Below are positions 9,737 through 22,504 of a stretch of 64,000 nucleotides of DNA, piece by piece. The notes under the pieces are model-generated. The model was given only the letters and a program-made list of their open reading frames with translations, had not been told where the DNA came from and did no database searches. How positions within the stretch are numbered: the stretch's first letter is position 1; each line of letters opens with the position of its first letter. The stretch is from Dehalococcoidia bacterium (GTDB taxonomy: Bacteria > Chloroflexota > Dehalococcoidia > Plut-88900): the NCBI GenBank assembly GCA_965207225.1, contig CBDBLV010000002.1, forward strand, positions 64,001 through 128,000, written 5' to 3'. The position numbers and the translations under genes are program-made.

Positions 9737-10765
9737 TTGGCAGCTCTCAAAATTGCTTACGGCTATCCTATTGCCCAGACTTACGTCGATAAGCTCAACG
9801 CACTTCCCGGCGTTGAACTCTTCGACCTCGTCGGCTTGCTCAAATCGGAGAAGGACGCAGCCTCTGACCACGGCCCCGACTCCCCCGAAGCCACCGCCGC
9901 CCGACAGAATGTTGACGACGTCATCGGCCAGATCGAGATCTATTACTCCGCCTCCCTCCCCGGAGGCCTGCCGAAGCGTGCCCCGAACCTCAAATGGCTC
10001 CAGTACGTCTGGGACGGCATCGATCTGGACGTCGGCCAAGACATCCTCGAATCTCCCATCGTCATCACCAACGCCCGACAGCTGTCCAATCGCAACATCG
10101 CCGAGTGGGTGATGATGTGCATCCTGATGTTCAGCAAGAAGCAGCCTCATCTCATCGCCGAAAGACGTGACAAGGTCTGGAGCGGCGATTTCTACGACCA
10201 GATGGAGTTAGAGGGTCAGACCGTTGGAGTCGTGGGCCTGGGCGCCATCGGCGGAGACGTCGCCCGGCTCTCCAAGGCCTTCGGCATGAAAGTCCTCGCA
10301 ACCCGCAGGACCGTAACCGGCCGGCAATACAACGTAGGCGACGTGGACGAGGTAATGCCCGCTTCGGAATTGGATGACCTCCTGAAACGCAGCGACTACA
10401 TAGCCCTCTGCGTTCCCGGCACACCCGGCACCCGACAGCTCATCACAGAACGCGAGCTGGACCTCATGGGCCCGACTTCTTTCCTCATTAACATCGCTCG
10501 CGGCAGCGTGGTTGATGAGGATGCCATGACCAGGGCCCTCAAAGAGAACCGCATTGCCGGCGCAGGCCTCGACGTTTTCGCCACCGAGCCCCTCCCTCAG
10601 GACAGTGAGCTCTGGGACTTGGACAACGTGATTTTCGCCTCGCACAAGGCCGGCGACGTTTTCGGATACGACGACCGTGTCGCCGACCTCTTCACCCGAA
10701 ACGTTGAGCGCTACATCAATGGCGAAGACCTTATCAACTTGGTAGACAAGAAAGCAGGCTACTAG
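9737..10765 (+). CDS. D-2-hydroxyacid dehydrogenase (NAD-binding)
   Basis: GVVGLGAIG, INIARG, AGLDVFATEPLP, catalytic His in ASHKAG. Confidence 0.9.
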   Translation: MAALKIAYGYPIAQTYVDKLNALPGVELFDLVGLLKSEKDAASDHGPDSPEATAARQNVDDVIGQIEIYYSASLPGGLPKRAPNLKWLQYVWDGIDLDVGQDILESPIVITNARQLSNRNIAEWVMMCILMFSKKQPHLIAERRDKVWSGDFYDQMELEGQTVGVVGLGAIGGDVARLSKAFGMKVLATRRTVTGRQYNVGDVDEVMPASELDDLLKRSDYIALCVPGTPGTRQLITERELDLMGPTSFLINIARGSVVDEDAMTRALKENRIAGAGLDVFATEPLPQDSELWDLDNVIFASHKAGDVFGYDDRVADLFTRNVERYINGEDLINLVDKKAGY

Positions 10766-10792
10766 ACCCCGCGCCCCCGTAAGGAGAAAGAG

Positions 10793-10978
10793 ATGCCCAG
10801 AGTCACCATAGACATGTACCCCGGCAGGACCAAGGCCCAGAAGGCAGAGCTCGCCCGAGTCATCACCGACGCCATGGTCACCATCGCCAAGACCCAGGCC
10901 GAGGCCGTGGACATCGTCTTCAACGACGTCTCCCAGGAGAGCTGGTCCTTCGGCGGCGTCCTCGCCTCCGACAGATAA
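10793..10978 (+). CDS. 4-oxalocrotonate tautomerase family protein
   Basis: Pro1 after Met, GRTKAQK, WSFGG, 61 aa, AAGGAG RBS. Confidence 0.9.
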   Translation: MPRVTIDMYPGRTKAQKAELARVITDAMVTIAKTQAEAVDIVFNDVSQESWSFGGVLASDR

Positions 10979-10994
10979 CCCCCTCCCCCTCCAA

Positions 10995-11160
10995 CCATCA
11001 TTCCCACGGAGGTGGGAAACCATCCCTCCTGAACAACCACCTGTGCATAGTCGTCATTCCGGCCCCCGGACCAGACTGCCTCATGGGTGGGGCATTCCGC
11101 TCGCCCTGAGCAGAGTCGAAGCATGTCCTGAGCTCCGTCGAAGGGGGTCTCAAGAGCGGA
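10995..11160. repeat. REP-like palindromic repeat cluster
   Basis: CATTCCCACGGAGGTGGGAA, GTCATTCCGGC, CCCTGAGCAGAGTCGAAG, CCTGAGCTCCGTCGAAGG. Same family as 3055-3195. Confidence 0.55.
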
Positions 11161-11206
11161 ATGGGTGGGGCTTCCTGGGTCGCCATCTCACCCGAGCAGG
11201 CTGACC

Positions 11207-12909
<1,703 letters not shown>

Positions 12910-12913
<4 letters not shown>

Positions 12914-13140
12914 GCCTGTCCTCCTTTGTCTTGGTCGGTCTTTGCAACCGTGCGGGAGCGCAGTCTCTCCAATCGCTCCCGTCTGCGCCACTCCCGCTCC
13001 TCCATGAACAGGCGTATACCCTGCCGGAGGAGCTCGCTCACGGAGAGGTCGTCCTCACGCATCACCCTCCGCACCTGGGCTTCCATCTCCGGGGGCAGCG
13101 AGAACGTGATGGTCTTGGATCGTCGGGTATTGGTCGGCAT
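12910..13140 (-). CDS. CopG/ribbon-helix-helix DNA-binding protein
   Basis: ITFSLP..SVSELLRQGIR pattern. Paralog at 58063. Confidence 0.8.
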
Positions 13141-13233
13141 AGTCTCTCTAGGCTCGCATCTTACATTGCATTGTCTTACTCTACACTATCGGACGTCCAG
13201 CTTCAACTGCAATAGCCGTGGACAAGGCCGGAC

Positions 13234-14901
13234 TCACGGCCTTCCCATGAAGGCATGGCTGGGTTCCATCACGTCGGGATTGCGCCAGGCTTTGCCCAGC
13301 GGCCCCATCTTCTCCAGTCTCTCCCTATGCGACACCCAGAGCGGCAGGCTGACGCCGGAGTGCTCCATCTCCTGTCTGGCAACGCGGAGGAAGTTGGCCT
13401 CGGCCAGGGGGTCGTCGAAGACGATCAGCACCAGTGGGTGATGTCCGTGGTCTTCCAGGGGTCGGTTGGAGGAGTAGTAGCGAAGGTAGGGCTCGAGACG
13501 GGCTGCCATGGTGGAGGGGTTCACCGCCCTGCGCTCGTACTCTAGGAAGAAGGGCATGGCGCGTTCGTTGGCGTATACGATGCCGAAGCCGTCGGGATGG
13601 ACGGAGCGGAGGCTGCGGCCGTACCGGAAGTACCGGACGGCGTGATGGGGTGGCGCAACCTGCACCACACGGTAGCCCTTCGTTCCCTTCGCCTGCCGCT
13701 CCAGCGCAGCCATGAACCGGTGCACCGCCTGGGTGTGTTCGATGGTGCGGGCCAGGGGACGGCTTCGAGCGCCCGGCAGGTCTCGCCAGGACAACGGGGG
13801 ATGTTCGTCCATCGGCTCGACGCTCCAGCGGCGTACGGCAGCCCCCACGGAGGCCCGGTCCCTGCGGGCCAGGAGGGCCAGCCCTCCATCGCTGAGGGCA
13901 TAGCGGCGCTGGCCTGCAAAATTAGCCGGCGCGACCAAATCCAACCTGTTCAGACGCGCGGCCAGCCTCCACGTACGGGAGTCGGAGAGACCAAGGATGC
14001 CCGACAGGTCTTCGATGGTGACCAGAGGCCAATCGGCGAGGCAGTCCAGCATCCGCTTCTCGGCGGGCTTGAGGGCGGCGGGGAGCAGATGGTCGGCGGC
14101 GTCATCGTCAATATCGCTCAGGTCGGCGTCGTCGGGCAGAGAGAGCCTCGAAGTTGGTCGTTCCCAGGGCAACGTACCGCCCGTGCGTAGGCGAGCGAGT
14201 ATCTCGCTGATGGACATGAGTCCGGGAGTGGACGCTCCGTGCCACACCCTATCTTCGTCCGACAGGCTACCTGCCTCCCGCTCAAGGGCCAGGTACACCG
14301 GGCCGGGATAGGGGCTCAACAGCCGCCGTGCCTGGCGCAGCCTCGGCTCGTCGGGCATGAGAACAAGCAGAGCGCGGGGCCTGGGCTGCTCCTGGTCCAG
14401 GGTACGGCGCACCCGGTCGGAGAAGGATGTCCGGTCGGCGGTGGGACCCTGCCGCAGCACGCCGAAGGTCCGGTTGTCGGGGAGCAGCATGGCGGCGTCC
14501 AGCGGGGCGGCGCGATACCACCTGAAGCGGGGAGGGCCGACCGCGTCCGCCACCGCCGATGTCAGCCGGTAGACAACCGCCAGAGCGTCCAGCCGTGCCA
14601 GGAGGATGCGCCGCCAGTGGGCCGATGCCGGATGCGTCCGCAGAAGACTGTCGATGCCGACCCCGCTCTCCGAGGCCAGCGACCGCATCCCCTCTGCTGT
14701 GGCGTACCAACGCCTGGTGGTCGTTGTCAGGGGAGAGGCGTGGCGTATGGAGCCCGCCAACCCCTTCCGCCGCAGCTGGCCCAAGACGTGGCGGGCCGTG
14801 CTCTCGGCCATGTCCGATACGGCAGCCAACTCCAGGTAGTCGAGGAAGGGCATGGCCGCCAGGGTCCCCAGGGCCAGCCCTTCTCGTTCTCCTAGCCTCA
14901 T
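13234..14901 (-). CDS. Replication-relaxation family protein (tandem wHTH + PD-(D/E)XK modules)
   Basis: Two wHTH-like segments, EHTQAVHRF, HPDGFG...FFLEYER. Overlaps the stop of the coupling ATPase. Confidence 0.7.
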   Translation of the reverse strand: MRLGEREGLALGTLAAMPFLDYLELAAVSDMAESTARHVLGQLRRKGLAGSIRHASPLTTTTRRWYATAEGMRSLASESGVGIDSLLRTHPASAHWRRILLARLDALAVVYRLTSAVADAVGPPRFRWYRAAPLDAAMLLPDNRTFGVLRQGPTADRTSFSDRVRRTLDQEQPRPRALLVLMPDEPRLRQARRLLSPYPGPVYLALEREAGSLSDEDRVWHGASTPGLMSISEILARLRTGGTLPWERPTSRLSLPDDADLSDIDDDAADHLLPAALKPAEKRMLDCLADWPLVTIEDLSGILGLSDSRTWRLAARLNRLDLVAPANFAGQRRYALSDGGLALLARRDRASVGAAVRRWSVEPMDEHPPLSWRDLPGARSRPLARTIEHTQAVHRFMAALERQAKGTKGYRVVQVAPPHHAVRYFRYGRSLRSVHPDGFGIVYANERAMPFFLEYERRAVNPSTMAARLEPYLRYYSSNRPLEDHGHHPLVLIVFDDPLAEANFLRVARQEMEHSGVSLPLWVSHRERLEKMGPLGKAWRNPDVMEPSHAFMGRP

Positions 14902-17543
14902 TCAACTCTTGTCCGGCCGCCGCCGGAACCGACGGGAGCGTCCTGGTTGCCGCCCCCGCGCCGCTTGCGGGGCCTCTTGTTCTTCTTGGGCTTGGGCTGG
15001 CTTGCCGTCCCTGCCCCGTTGCTTGTGTTAGAAGGGGGCGGATTCCCACCCGCCTGCTGCTGCCTCTGTTCCTCCTCCTCACGCTCCAGTTCATCCCGGT
15101 ACTCCTGCGCCATCTTGTCCACCTCTTGGTCCTGGGAGGCGATGACCTCAGCCGTGGTCGTGTACGTCTCGGCCCGCGCCTTCACCCGCTCCTCGGCCTC
15201 TGGACTCCCCGCCTCGGGCTCCCGCACTCCCAGGGAGTAGGTGGGCTGTCTCAGCCCGTCCACCGTGGCCCGCACGTAGCAGTGGTGCGTCGGCAGCGAC
15301 ACCAGGTCCTCCTCGTCCAACCTGTCCCTGTCCAGCTCTCCTATCAACTGCCGGGCGTCGGACGCCGCCACCTGGAACACGGCAAGGCACCCCACGTTGG
15401 CAAGGAGCGTGTCCTGCATGGTGTCCGACATCTCCTTCAGCCTAGCAAGGCTCTGGGTGGCCAGGATGAACGACGCCCCAAACTTGCCCAGCTCGGAAAG
15501 CATCGACTCGTAGTCCACCCCGGGCATGGCCTGCATCTCGTCCACCACCACCAGAGCCCCGCGCCTCTCCCCAGGCGGCAGGCTCCCCTGCTCCCTTATC
15601 ACCGCGTCCGTCAGGTTGAGCAAAGAGCCTCCCACCAGGCCGGACACGTCCTGCCCCGCAGCCGACTGGGAGGTGGCGACCAAGAGCACGCCGCCCTCGG
15701 CTATGACCTTCCGCAGGTCCAGGGTGGAGCGGCGCTGCCCCAGGATGGCCCTCGCCTTCTTCGACGTGGCGTAGTAGGCCAGGCGGGTCTGCACCGGGGC
15801 GACGGCGTCGGCCTTCAGCGTACGGGTCCAGTTGCGGAAGTCCCTGGCCCACCAGCCGATGACATAGGGGTCGGACACCCTCCTCAGCACCCGGTTGCGG
15901 TACTGAAGGTCCGACAGCATCCGCAGCCCGTCCAGGATGGTGCACTGCTCGTCCTCCTTCGTGTCCGGGTGGGTGTTGTACTCGTGCAGGCTCTTGACCG
16001 TGTGCTCCAGGATGGACTGCATCCTCGGCCCCCAGACCTGGTCCCACAGCCCCCTGGCGATGCGCACCACCGAGTCGGCAGTCCGGTCCCGGTCGGGGAA
16101 GATGCGGGCGTCCAGCAGGTTGATGCCCGGCGACCGTTCGTCGTCCTTCAGGTCGATGAGGTACGTCCTGTCCACGATCTCCTCGGGCACGTGCCGGAGC
16201 AGAGAGTTGACCAGGTCGTCGTGGGGATCGACCACCACGATGGCGTCCTCGTTGCGGCCCGCCGCCTTCTCCCGCATCTTGTGGACGACCAGGTGGTGCA
16301 TCAGCGTGGACTTGCCCATGCGGGTGCGGGCCACGTAGAGGTGGTGGCGGCCCATGGCGTCAGCGGGGAAGTGCACCTTCCTCGGCTTGCCGACAACGGT
16401 GTCTCCCACGTAGGCCCCGCCGGAGCCGTTCCTGGACGCGGGGGACAGCGCCTTGGCTCCGGCGCGGGCCACCATGGGCAGCTGGTCTCCCGCTCCCAGG
16501 GGATGCCACAGGGAGGCAAGCTCCCGCATCCCCAGCACGTTCCGGCCCGCCAGCAGGCTCCGCGCCGGCGGCACCGGCTCGGTCAGGGGGACCGCCGGGC
16601 GCACCTTGGTCGCCCTGAAGCTGGCCCCTGCGGGGTTGTTGTAGTGGCTGTAGGCCGCAGCCACGTTGCGCAATAGCTCCCTGGCCCTGTTCTCGGTGCC
16701 GTGCTCAGACAGCACGGCGGTCACCTCCAGCTGGGCCTCGTAGGCGAGTTTGGAGACCTTCTCCTTGATCATCACCGGGTCCTGGTACTTGCCGCCGGAG
16801 CGCCACTTCTTGAACCGCCATAACGCCCAGCCCGCCAGCGCCGCCAATGACACCACTCCCAATCCCAACAACACCGCCTTCCACGTCTCGCCACGCTGCA
16901 CCCACAGGTAGCCCTGGAGGGCGGGCAGGGCCAGCAACGCCAGGATGGTTATGGTGACCGCGTTGGTGCGGTCGATCCTGGGCTGTGCGCTGGAGGCGGA
17001 CGTGTTGGGGTCGTAGGCGGGCCTGGGGTTGGTCTTCTCCTGGTGGGCGGCGGACCAGTCCGAACCCAGTGACGATAGTCGCAGCCGGGACACCACCCGC
17101 TCACCCTCCTCTAGGTCGGACAACGAGCCGATGACGGAGATGAGGGGGTCGGAGCCGGGGTCCAGCAGGTCGTCGTCCCGGTAGGGACGCAGGGGCAGGT
17201 ACTCCGGCCCCCGGAGCCGCAGGTCCATCGACCACGCCTGCTCTCCCTCGGCCAGCCTGAGGGGGTCGTCCTCCGGGGCGATCTCGTTCACCCTGGCCTG
17301 GGGGTAGTGGACGCCCACCTGCTGGCGGACGAAGGAGCCCTCTCTACAGCGGGCCAGCAGGGTGACGCCGTCCGCGTCTCCGGCAATCTCCAGCGAGAAG
17401 GGTTCGGGGACCGCGATGGACTCCACCAGGTTCTGCACGCCCAGCATGGTGCGTTCGCCGGAGCGGGGCGGCGTGACGGCCATCAGCTTGACGGCGGGCT
17501 TCTCCCCGCCCTTGAACAACTTGGCTATCGGATTGAGTTTCAT
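14898..17543 (-). CDS. Type IV secretion coupling protein-like ATPase (TraD/VirD4/HerA-like) with 2 TM helices
   Basis: RHHLYVARTRMGKST Walker A variant, VVVDPH, VVVDE Walker B, LATQSLA, ANVG. Confidence 0.8.
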   Translation of the reverse strand: MKLNPIAKLFKGGEKPAVKLMAVTPPRSGERTMLGVQNLVESIAVPEPFSLEIAGDADGVTLLARCREGSFVRQQVGVHYPQARVNEIAPEDDPLRLAEGEQAWSMDLRLRGPEYLPLRPYRDDDLLDPGSDPLISVIGSLSDLEEGERVVSRLRLSSLGSDWSAAHQEKTNPRPAYDPNTSASSAQPRIDRTNAVTITILALLALPALQGYLWVQRGETWKAVLLGLGVVSLAALAGWALWRFKKWRSGGKYQDPVMIKEKVSKLAYEAQLEVTAVLSEHGTENRARELLRNVAAAYSHYNNPAGASFRATKVRPAVPLTEPVPPARSLLAGRNVLGMRELASLWHPLGAGDQLPMVARAGAKALSPASRNGSGGAYVGDTVVGKPRKVHFPADAMGRHHLYVARTRMGKSTLMHHLVVHKMREKAAGRNEDAIVVVDPHDDLVNSLLRHVPEEIVDRTYLIDLKDDERSPGINLLDARIFPDRDRTADSVVRIARGLWDQVWGPRMQSILEHTVKSLHEYNTHPDTKEDEQCTILDGLRMLSDLQYRNRVLRRVSDPYVIGWWARDFRNWTRTLKADAVAPVQTRLAYYATSKKARAILGQRRSTLDLRKVIAEGGVLLVATSQSAAGQDVSGLVGGSLLNLTDAVIREQGSLPPGERRGALVVVDEMQAMPGVDYESMLSELGKFGASFILATQSLARLKEMSDTMQDTLLANVGCLAVFQVAASDARQLIGELDRDRLDEEDLVSLPTHHCYVRATVDGLRQPTYSLGVREPEAGSPEAEERVKARAETYTTTAEVIASQDQEVDKMAQEYRDELEREEEEQRQQQAGGNPPPSNTSNGAGTASQPKPKKNKRPRKRRGGGNQDAPVGSGGGRTRVE

Positions 17544-17925
17544 GGTGCATATTCTCCTTATTGTCTAGCGTCACAGCGAAAAGAACGCATGAGCTATTAT
17601 CGGCCATCCGACACGGGGAAAGCAAGGACCAGATGGCCGCAGAGGACGCTCACGACGCACCGACTCGGCCCGCCGCCTGAGCGCGGGCCGAGGAGCCTGA
17701 CGTGTCGGACTACAATCGCTCAGGGGCGGCTATCGCCCTGGGAGGGCAGTAAGGAGATTAGGAGCACATTGTAGAATACAATCTCGGTGATATCGGTAGC
17801 TGTTTGAAGGGGAATCCGGGATGCCTGTAGACAATCCGGCGAGCAGTTTTACTGCGGGTCAGTGCTAAGTCTATTGTACTGATTGTATTGTAGTCTGTTG
17901 TAGTTTCTGACGCAAGGAGAAGCCA

Positions 17926-18795
17926 ATGGTTGACCATGAGGAACCCAGCGTGGACGGGTCGAAGGGTGCTGGCGACGGCATGAGCATCCCTCTATCGGAT
18001 GCCCCCCTATCGGACGATCCCCTACTGGACCTGCTGGACGCTCTGGTGAATGACCGGGGCAAGGTGGCTGCGGCCGAGGCCCTGGGGGTGAACTACCGCA
18101 CTATGGTGACCTGCCACGAGTCTCGTCACGTGTCACGGCGGATGCGGAAGGCGCTGGCGGAGTTCAGGGACAAGCACGTTGACGGCGGTGATGCGCAGGA
18201 CGATGAGGCCGGGGACATTGTAGCGAGGGTAACGGCACTGGAAGAACGGGTGGCGGCGATGGAGGAAGCGTATGGAGCACTGGTGGAGACCGTCGAGGCC
18301 CAGGCGAGACAACTGACGGACTTGGAGCGCAATGCTGGAGGGTCGGAGGACGGGGCGGAGGAAGAGAAACGGGAGCCGAGCAAGCCTGATCCGGTCGGTG
18401 ATAACGATGGTCAGCGCAAGGAGTGGCAGCCACCACGACGGGATCACGGGCGTCCCGATGCCGGAGTGGTCACGTTGGAAGAGCAGCCGGACGAAGAGCA
18501 CGCCTTCGGGCCGGCTGCCCAGTTGGTAGCCGAGTGGCGCAGTCTAAGGACCCAGGGTGAGACAGCAGGCAGTCGGGTTGACCGGGCATGGGCCTCGGTG
18601 CGCCGTTGGGAGTTGGAGATAGCCATGCTCAGCGACTACGGCCTGACGCTGCCGCCGGAGACCGAACCCCTGGACGCTTCGCGCAGGGAAGACCACCTGC
18701 GGTGGCGGAAGGAGGCGCTGGCAGCGGCCTTGGCGAAAGCAAGGCGGCTGCGCTGGCTGAGGCGAGCACTCACCCTGGGTCTGCGATGGAGCTAG
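17926..18795 (+). CDS. HTH plus coiled-coil hypothetical protein
   Basis: RGKVAAAEALGVNYRT HTH-like segment. Homologous to 62440. AAGGAG RBS. Confidence 0.65.
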   Translation: MVDHEEPSVDGSKGAGDGMSIPLSDAPLSDDPLLDLLDALVNDRGKVAAAEALGVNYRTMVTCHESRHVSRRMRKALAEFRDKHVDGGDAQDDEAGDIVARVTALEERVAAMEEAYGALVETVEAQARQLTDLERNAGGSEDGAEEEKREPSKPDPVGDNDGQRKEWQPPRRDHGRPDAGVVTLEEQPDEEHAFGPAAQLVAEWRSLRTQGETAGSRVDRAWASVRRWELEIAMLSDYGLTLPPETEPLDASRREDHLRWRKEALAAALAKARRLRWLRRALTLGLRWS

Positions 18796-18799
18796 ACGC

Positions 18800-18910
18800 C
18801 CCGTAGCCGTGCCGCGACCTAGGATAAGCACCATATCCACCCAGTCAATGAAGGGGGACCTGCCCAAGGCGTCGAGCAGCTGTCGGTCTGACAGAGACAG
18901 GTTGAAGGAA
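18800..18910 (-). pseudogene. Short remnant of a replication-relaxation gene 5' end
   Basis: LSLSDRQLLDALGRSPFIDWVDMVLILG resembles the N-terminus of 13234-14901 (LGEREGLALGTLAAMPFLDYLEL). Confidence 0.45.
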
Positions 18911-19067
18911 GACTCTATGGAGAGTGATTTTGCTGCCAATAAGTTGTAGAATGTCAGATATTCGGAATAGACATTGAGAAATAGGGGCAATGAAGAACTT
19001 CGATACCCTAGTCGAAACTGTGCCGGTGCATGATCATCACCACTGGGCATCATAGAAGAGGAGACAC

Positions 19068-22000
19068 TTGCCGAAATCGAACCTGGCCACAAAGATTCTA
19101 TATCCCGTCGAGAAGCACGTCGCCCAGGCTCCAATTCGGACGTCGCTTGCTCTCGCGCTGGTTGCAGCAGTTTTCCTCGGCACGCTTCTCATTACCACTG
19201 TTCAGGCCCAGACGCCGCCTCAGAATGGTGAACAATCCTCCGACTCTCCGCCCCTTCCAACTCCCACCGCGATACCTCAGGACGGCTCCCAGGACTCCGA
19301 CTCTGACGGTGTGCAAGGGGCGGGGGCATCTGATCCCACCATAACCGTCACGCGGTACAAGTCACCGGTGACAGAGGGCGGCACAATCTACTTCCGGTTT
19401 ACGGCTAGTAGCGCGCCTTCAGCCCATGTGGAGATTAACCTCCGGGCGACCGGCGGAACGTCATTCCTGACTGCCACACCCGTGAAGAGCATCGGGCTAG
19501 GCCCTGGCCTTACCGTTGCTTGGTTGATCTTGGGAACTGAGGATGACAAAGTCGATGAGCCGAACGGGACGATTACCGCGAGGCTATTGTCCGGTACCGG
19601 GTACAACGTTGGTAGCCCTTCTAGCGCTTCCATTACCATCTTGGACAACGATGTGGCCAGTCCATCGATAGACATAACGGGGCTGGCTACATCCATCCAG
19701 GAGGGTAGGACAGACTCATTCAGGGTGCGCGCATCCGACTTGGTTTCGTCCAGCAGCTACAGCATAGAGGTGACGACAAGCAATTCCGACATCGGGTTCA
19801 ACAGTTCGTGCTCAACGACATCCCGGACCATCACGGTTCCTGCTCGACGCACGTCATACAGCTATTCCCTGACCCTGTATGGATGCGAAGCGACAGGCGG
19901 GATAGTGAGGGCGAAGTTGAAGCGCGGAAGCACGACCCTAGACACCGCCTCTCAGTCAGTAAAGGTCACTACTCCTCCGTCGATAGAGATATCGGGTTTG
20001 GACACGTCTATGGAGGAAGGCGACAACGACTCCTTCAGTGTGAAGGCATCCGACTTGGTTTCGTCCAGCAGCTACAGCATAGAGGTGACGACAAGCAATT
20101 CCGACATCGGGTTCAACAGTTCGTGCTCAACGACATCCCGGACCATCACGGTTCCTGCTCGACGCACGTCATACAGCTATTCCCTGACCCTGTACGGATG
20201 CGAGGCGACAGGCGGGACGGTGACGGCCACGCTGAAGCGCGGGAGCACGGCCGTCGATACAGCTACCCAGAAGGTGGGCGTTTCATCCTCCACAAACACG
20301 GCATTCCAGTTCAGCCCGAGTCCCCTTGCGTTGGGTGGTACCAGCGACGTCTGGAAGGTGCAGACAGGCGTCACTAGCATCTACGTGGACGTTGACTTCT
20401 CGAAGGGATATACAAGGACTCTGGCCTTGACGTAGGCAATATCAACATCAACCGCGTCAACTCCTCCGGCACCGTGCTGAGCACGCTTGAAGTGGACAAT
20501 GAGAACGACAGCGGGATACTGACTGGAGCTAAGGCCGGATCGCTCGTCAGGGTAGACGTGGACAATAACGCGTTCGATGCCAGCCTCGCTCTCGTCACCC
20601 TGACCTTCCATTCAGGCAGCGACGAGACCGGACCAGAGATAGCTAAGGCGACGGTACAGAAGGAATCTAGACCATACTCCCCTACCAGTGGTTCTGCAAC
20701 GGTGGACAAGGCCGCCGATAGCGTCACGTTGACGTGGAGCCCTGGCGCTCCACGCCTGGGGTCTAAGCCAGACCACTACAAGGTCGAGATACCCGGAACG
20801 ACTTTCAGCCCACAAAACGTCGATGATTCGAAAGACCCCGCGAATCTGACGATCTCCAATGCGTCCACCAGCCCTGGACCTGGGACGCACACCGCTAAGG
20901 TGAGACATTGCAACGCAGCCGGTGGGTGTTCGGTGGCGTTGGACATCATGTTCACGGTAGAGGTTCCCAATAGTCCACCCTCATTCGGCCAATCCACCTA
21001 CTCCTTCACAATTCTGGAGGATTCGTCGATTGGGAGCAGAGTCGGAGTTGTGTCTGCAACCGACCCGGATATAGGCGACACCGTGACTTATTCCATAGTT
21101 TCTGGCAATAGTGCTGGTAAGTTTGCCCTCAGCGCAACCACAGGAGAGGTGACGTTAGCGAGGTCAATAGATTATGAGACATCGGCGTCATATCGCCTGA
21201 CAGTACGGGCACTAGACTCGACAGGGGCAGCCGTTGATACCAGTGTTACCATTTCAGTGACGAATGTGAATGAGCGCCCCGCGTTCAGCCAGTCAACCTA
21301 TGATTTCTCTATCCCGGAGGACGCGACCATTGGCGCAGTGGTGGGCGTCGTCCCAACTACGGACCCCGATACTGGCGACAACGTATCCTACTCGTTTCTC
21401 TCAGGTAACGACTCTGGGAAGTTTGCGATAAGTGGCGTCACAGGAAAGATCACTTTGGCCGGCGGCCTTAATCGTGAGACCTCGGAGTCACACTTACTGC
21501 GAATAAGAGCGCGGGACTCGGGAGGGCTAACCGTTTATGCTCCCGTCACCGTCACAGTCGATTATCCGCTCAATATCGGCACAAGCGAATGGGGTGTCCT
21601 TGCTTACAGGCGCATTGTATTGGACTGGATCATACCCACATCCGAAAGAAGCGCAAATCACCAATATCACCTCAATGTCCCGGTCGGCACGGGCTTTCAC
21701 ATAAGGGCATCAGCCAAGGGTGCCAATATCTGTGACTGGAAGTCTCCTCCCCCCGCCAACACTCCGTGGAGCGACTCGGATGAGTCATTTTATCTGGTCC
21801 GTTGCGAGTTGGGGACTGGGACTGCCAACATCACGGTGTGGAAGAGACCTGCAACGGGTGCTCTCCGTACGTCAACCACAGTCTTGACAATTGGCCCCGT
21901 TGAACAGTCATGGCACCGGGCAGACCATCAGATTGGCTACTTCATCGGTGATCCTGATACCACTGACAATCCATTCATGGAAGGTACTAAGCCGACCCAT

Positions 22001-22504
22001 CTTCCTACGAGCTACAACCCAGACGAGACGGCATCGAAATCGGCAGTCAATGAAGCCGGATCGGCTTGGAATAAAGCGCAATCCTACGTGGTCTTTGAAG
22101 CCGTCAGCTCCGCCGCCGACACAACAATCAGAGGCTACTGGAATCCTCAGGGTACCAACCTGGAGGATAAGTGCCCCAAATCCATCGCATGTGTCTACAA
22201 GGGCACCAGTGAGTACCCTGATCTTCGGCGCCAGCCGTTCTGGATAGAGTACCCACCGCAGTTCCCGCGCGACCTTGGACATAAGCGATGGACTAATGAT
22301 CCTGTCATCGCCAAGAACAATCCTAGCCAGTACTATTTCCTGCCTCAAGTAATTATGCACGAGCTCGGGCACACCGCGGGGCTGGGACACAGCCCGGGGA
22401 ACGACGTAATGGGTGGTATTGACTCCAGAAGTCCCCTTGTGACACCCACATCATATGACGTGGACGGCATCAACAATACCTACCAGAGCCACACAAAGCA
22501 TTAG
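19068..22504 (+). pseudogene. Secreted multi-domain metzincin protease/adhesin (Calx-beta-like, Ig-like repeats, FN3, 2 cadherin, matrixin), split by a frameshift near 20410
   Basis: Signal/TM segment, ATDPD and DYET cadherin motifs, HELGHTAGLGHS..VM zinc motif. ORFs 19068-20435 and 20474-22504 join through a -1 frame reading GIYKDSGLDVGNININRVNSSGTVL. Confidence 0.7.
19731..20194 (+). repeat. 149-bp identical intragenic direct repeat (19731-19879 = 20046-20194)
   Basis: Both copies run GCATCCGACTTGG...GACCCTGTA and are offset by 315 bp (105 codons). Confidence 0.85.

Noticed and set aside
19731-20194. Possible DGR template/variable repeat pair
   Set aside because: The copies are identical with no A-specific mismatches, both are in-frame domain repeats, and no reverse transcriptase is present in the window.
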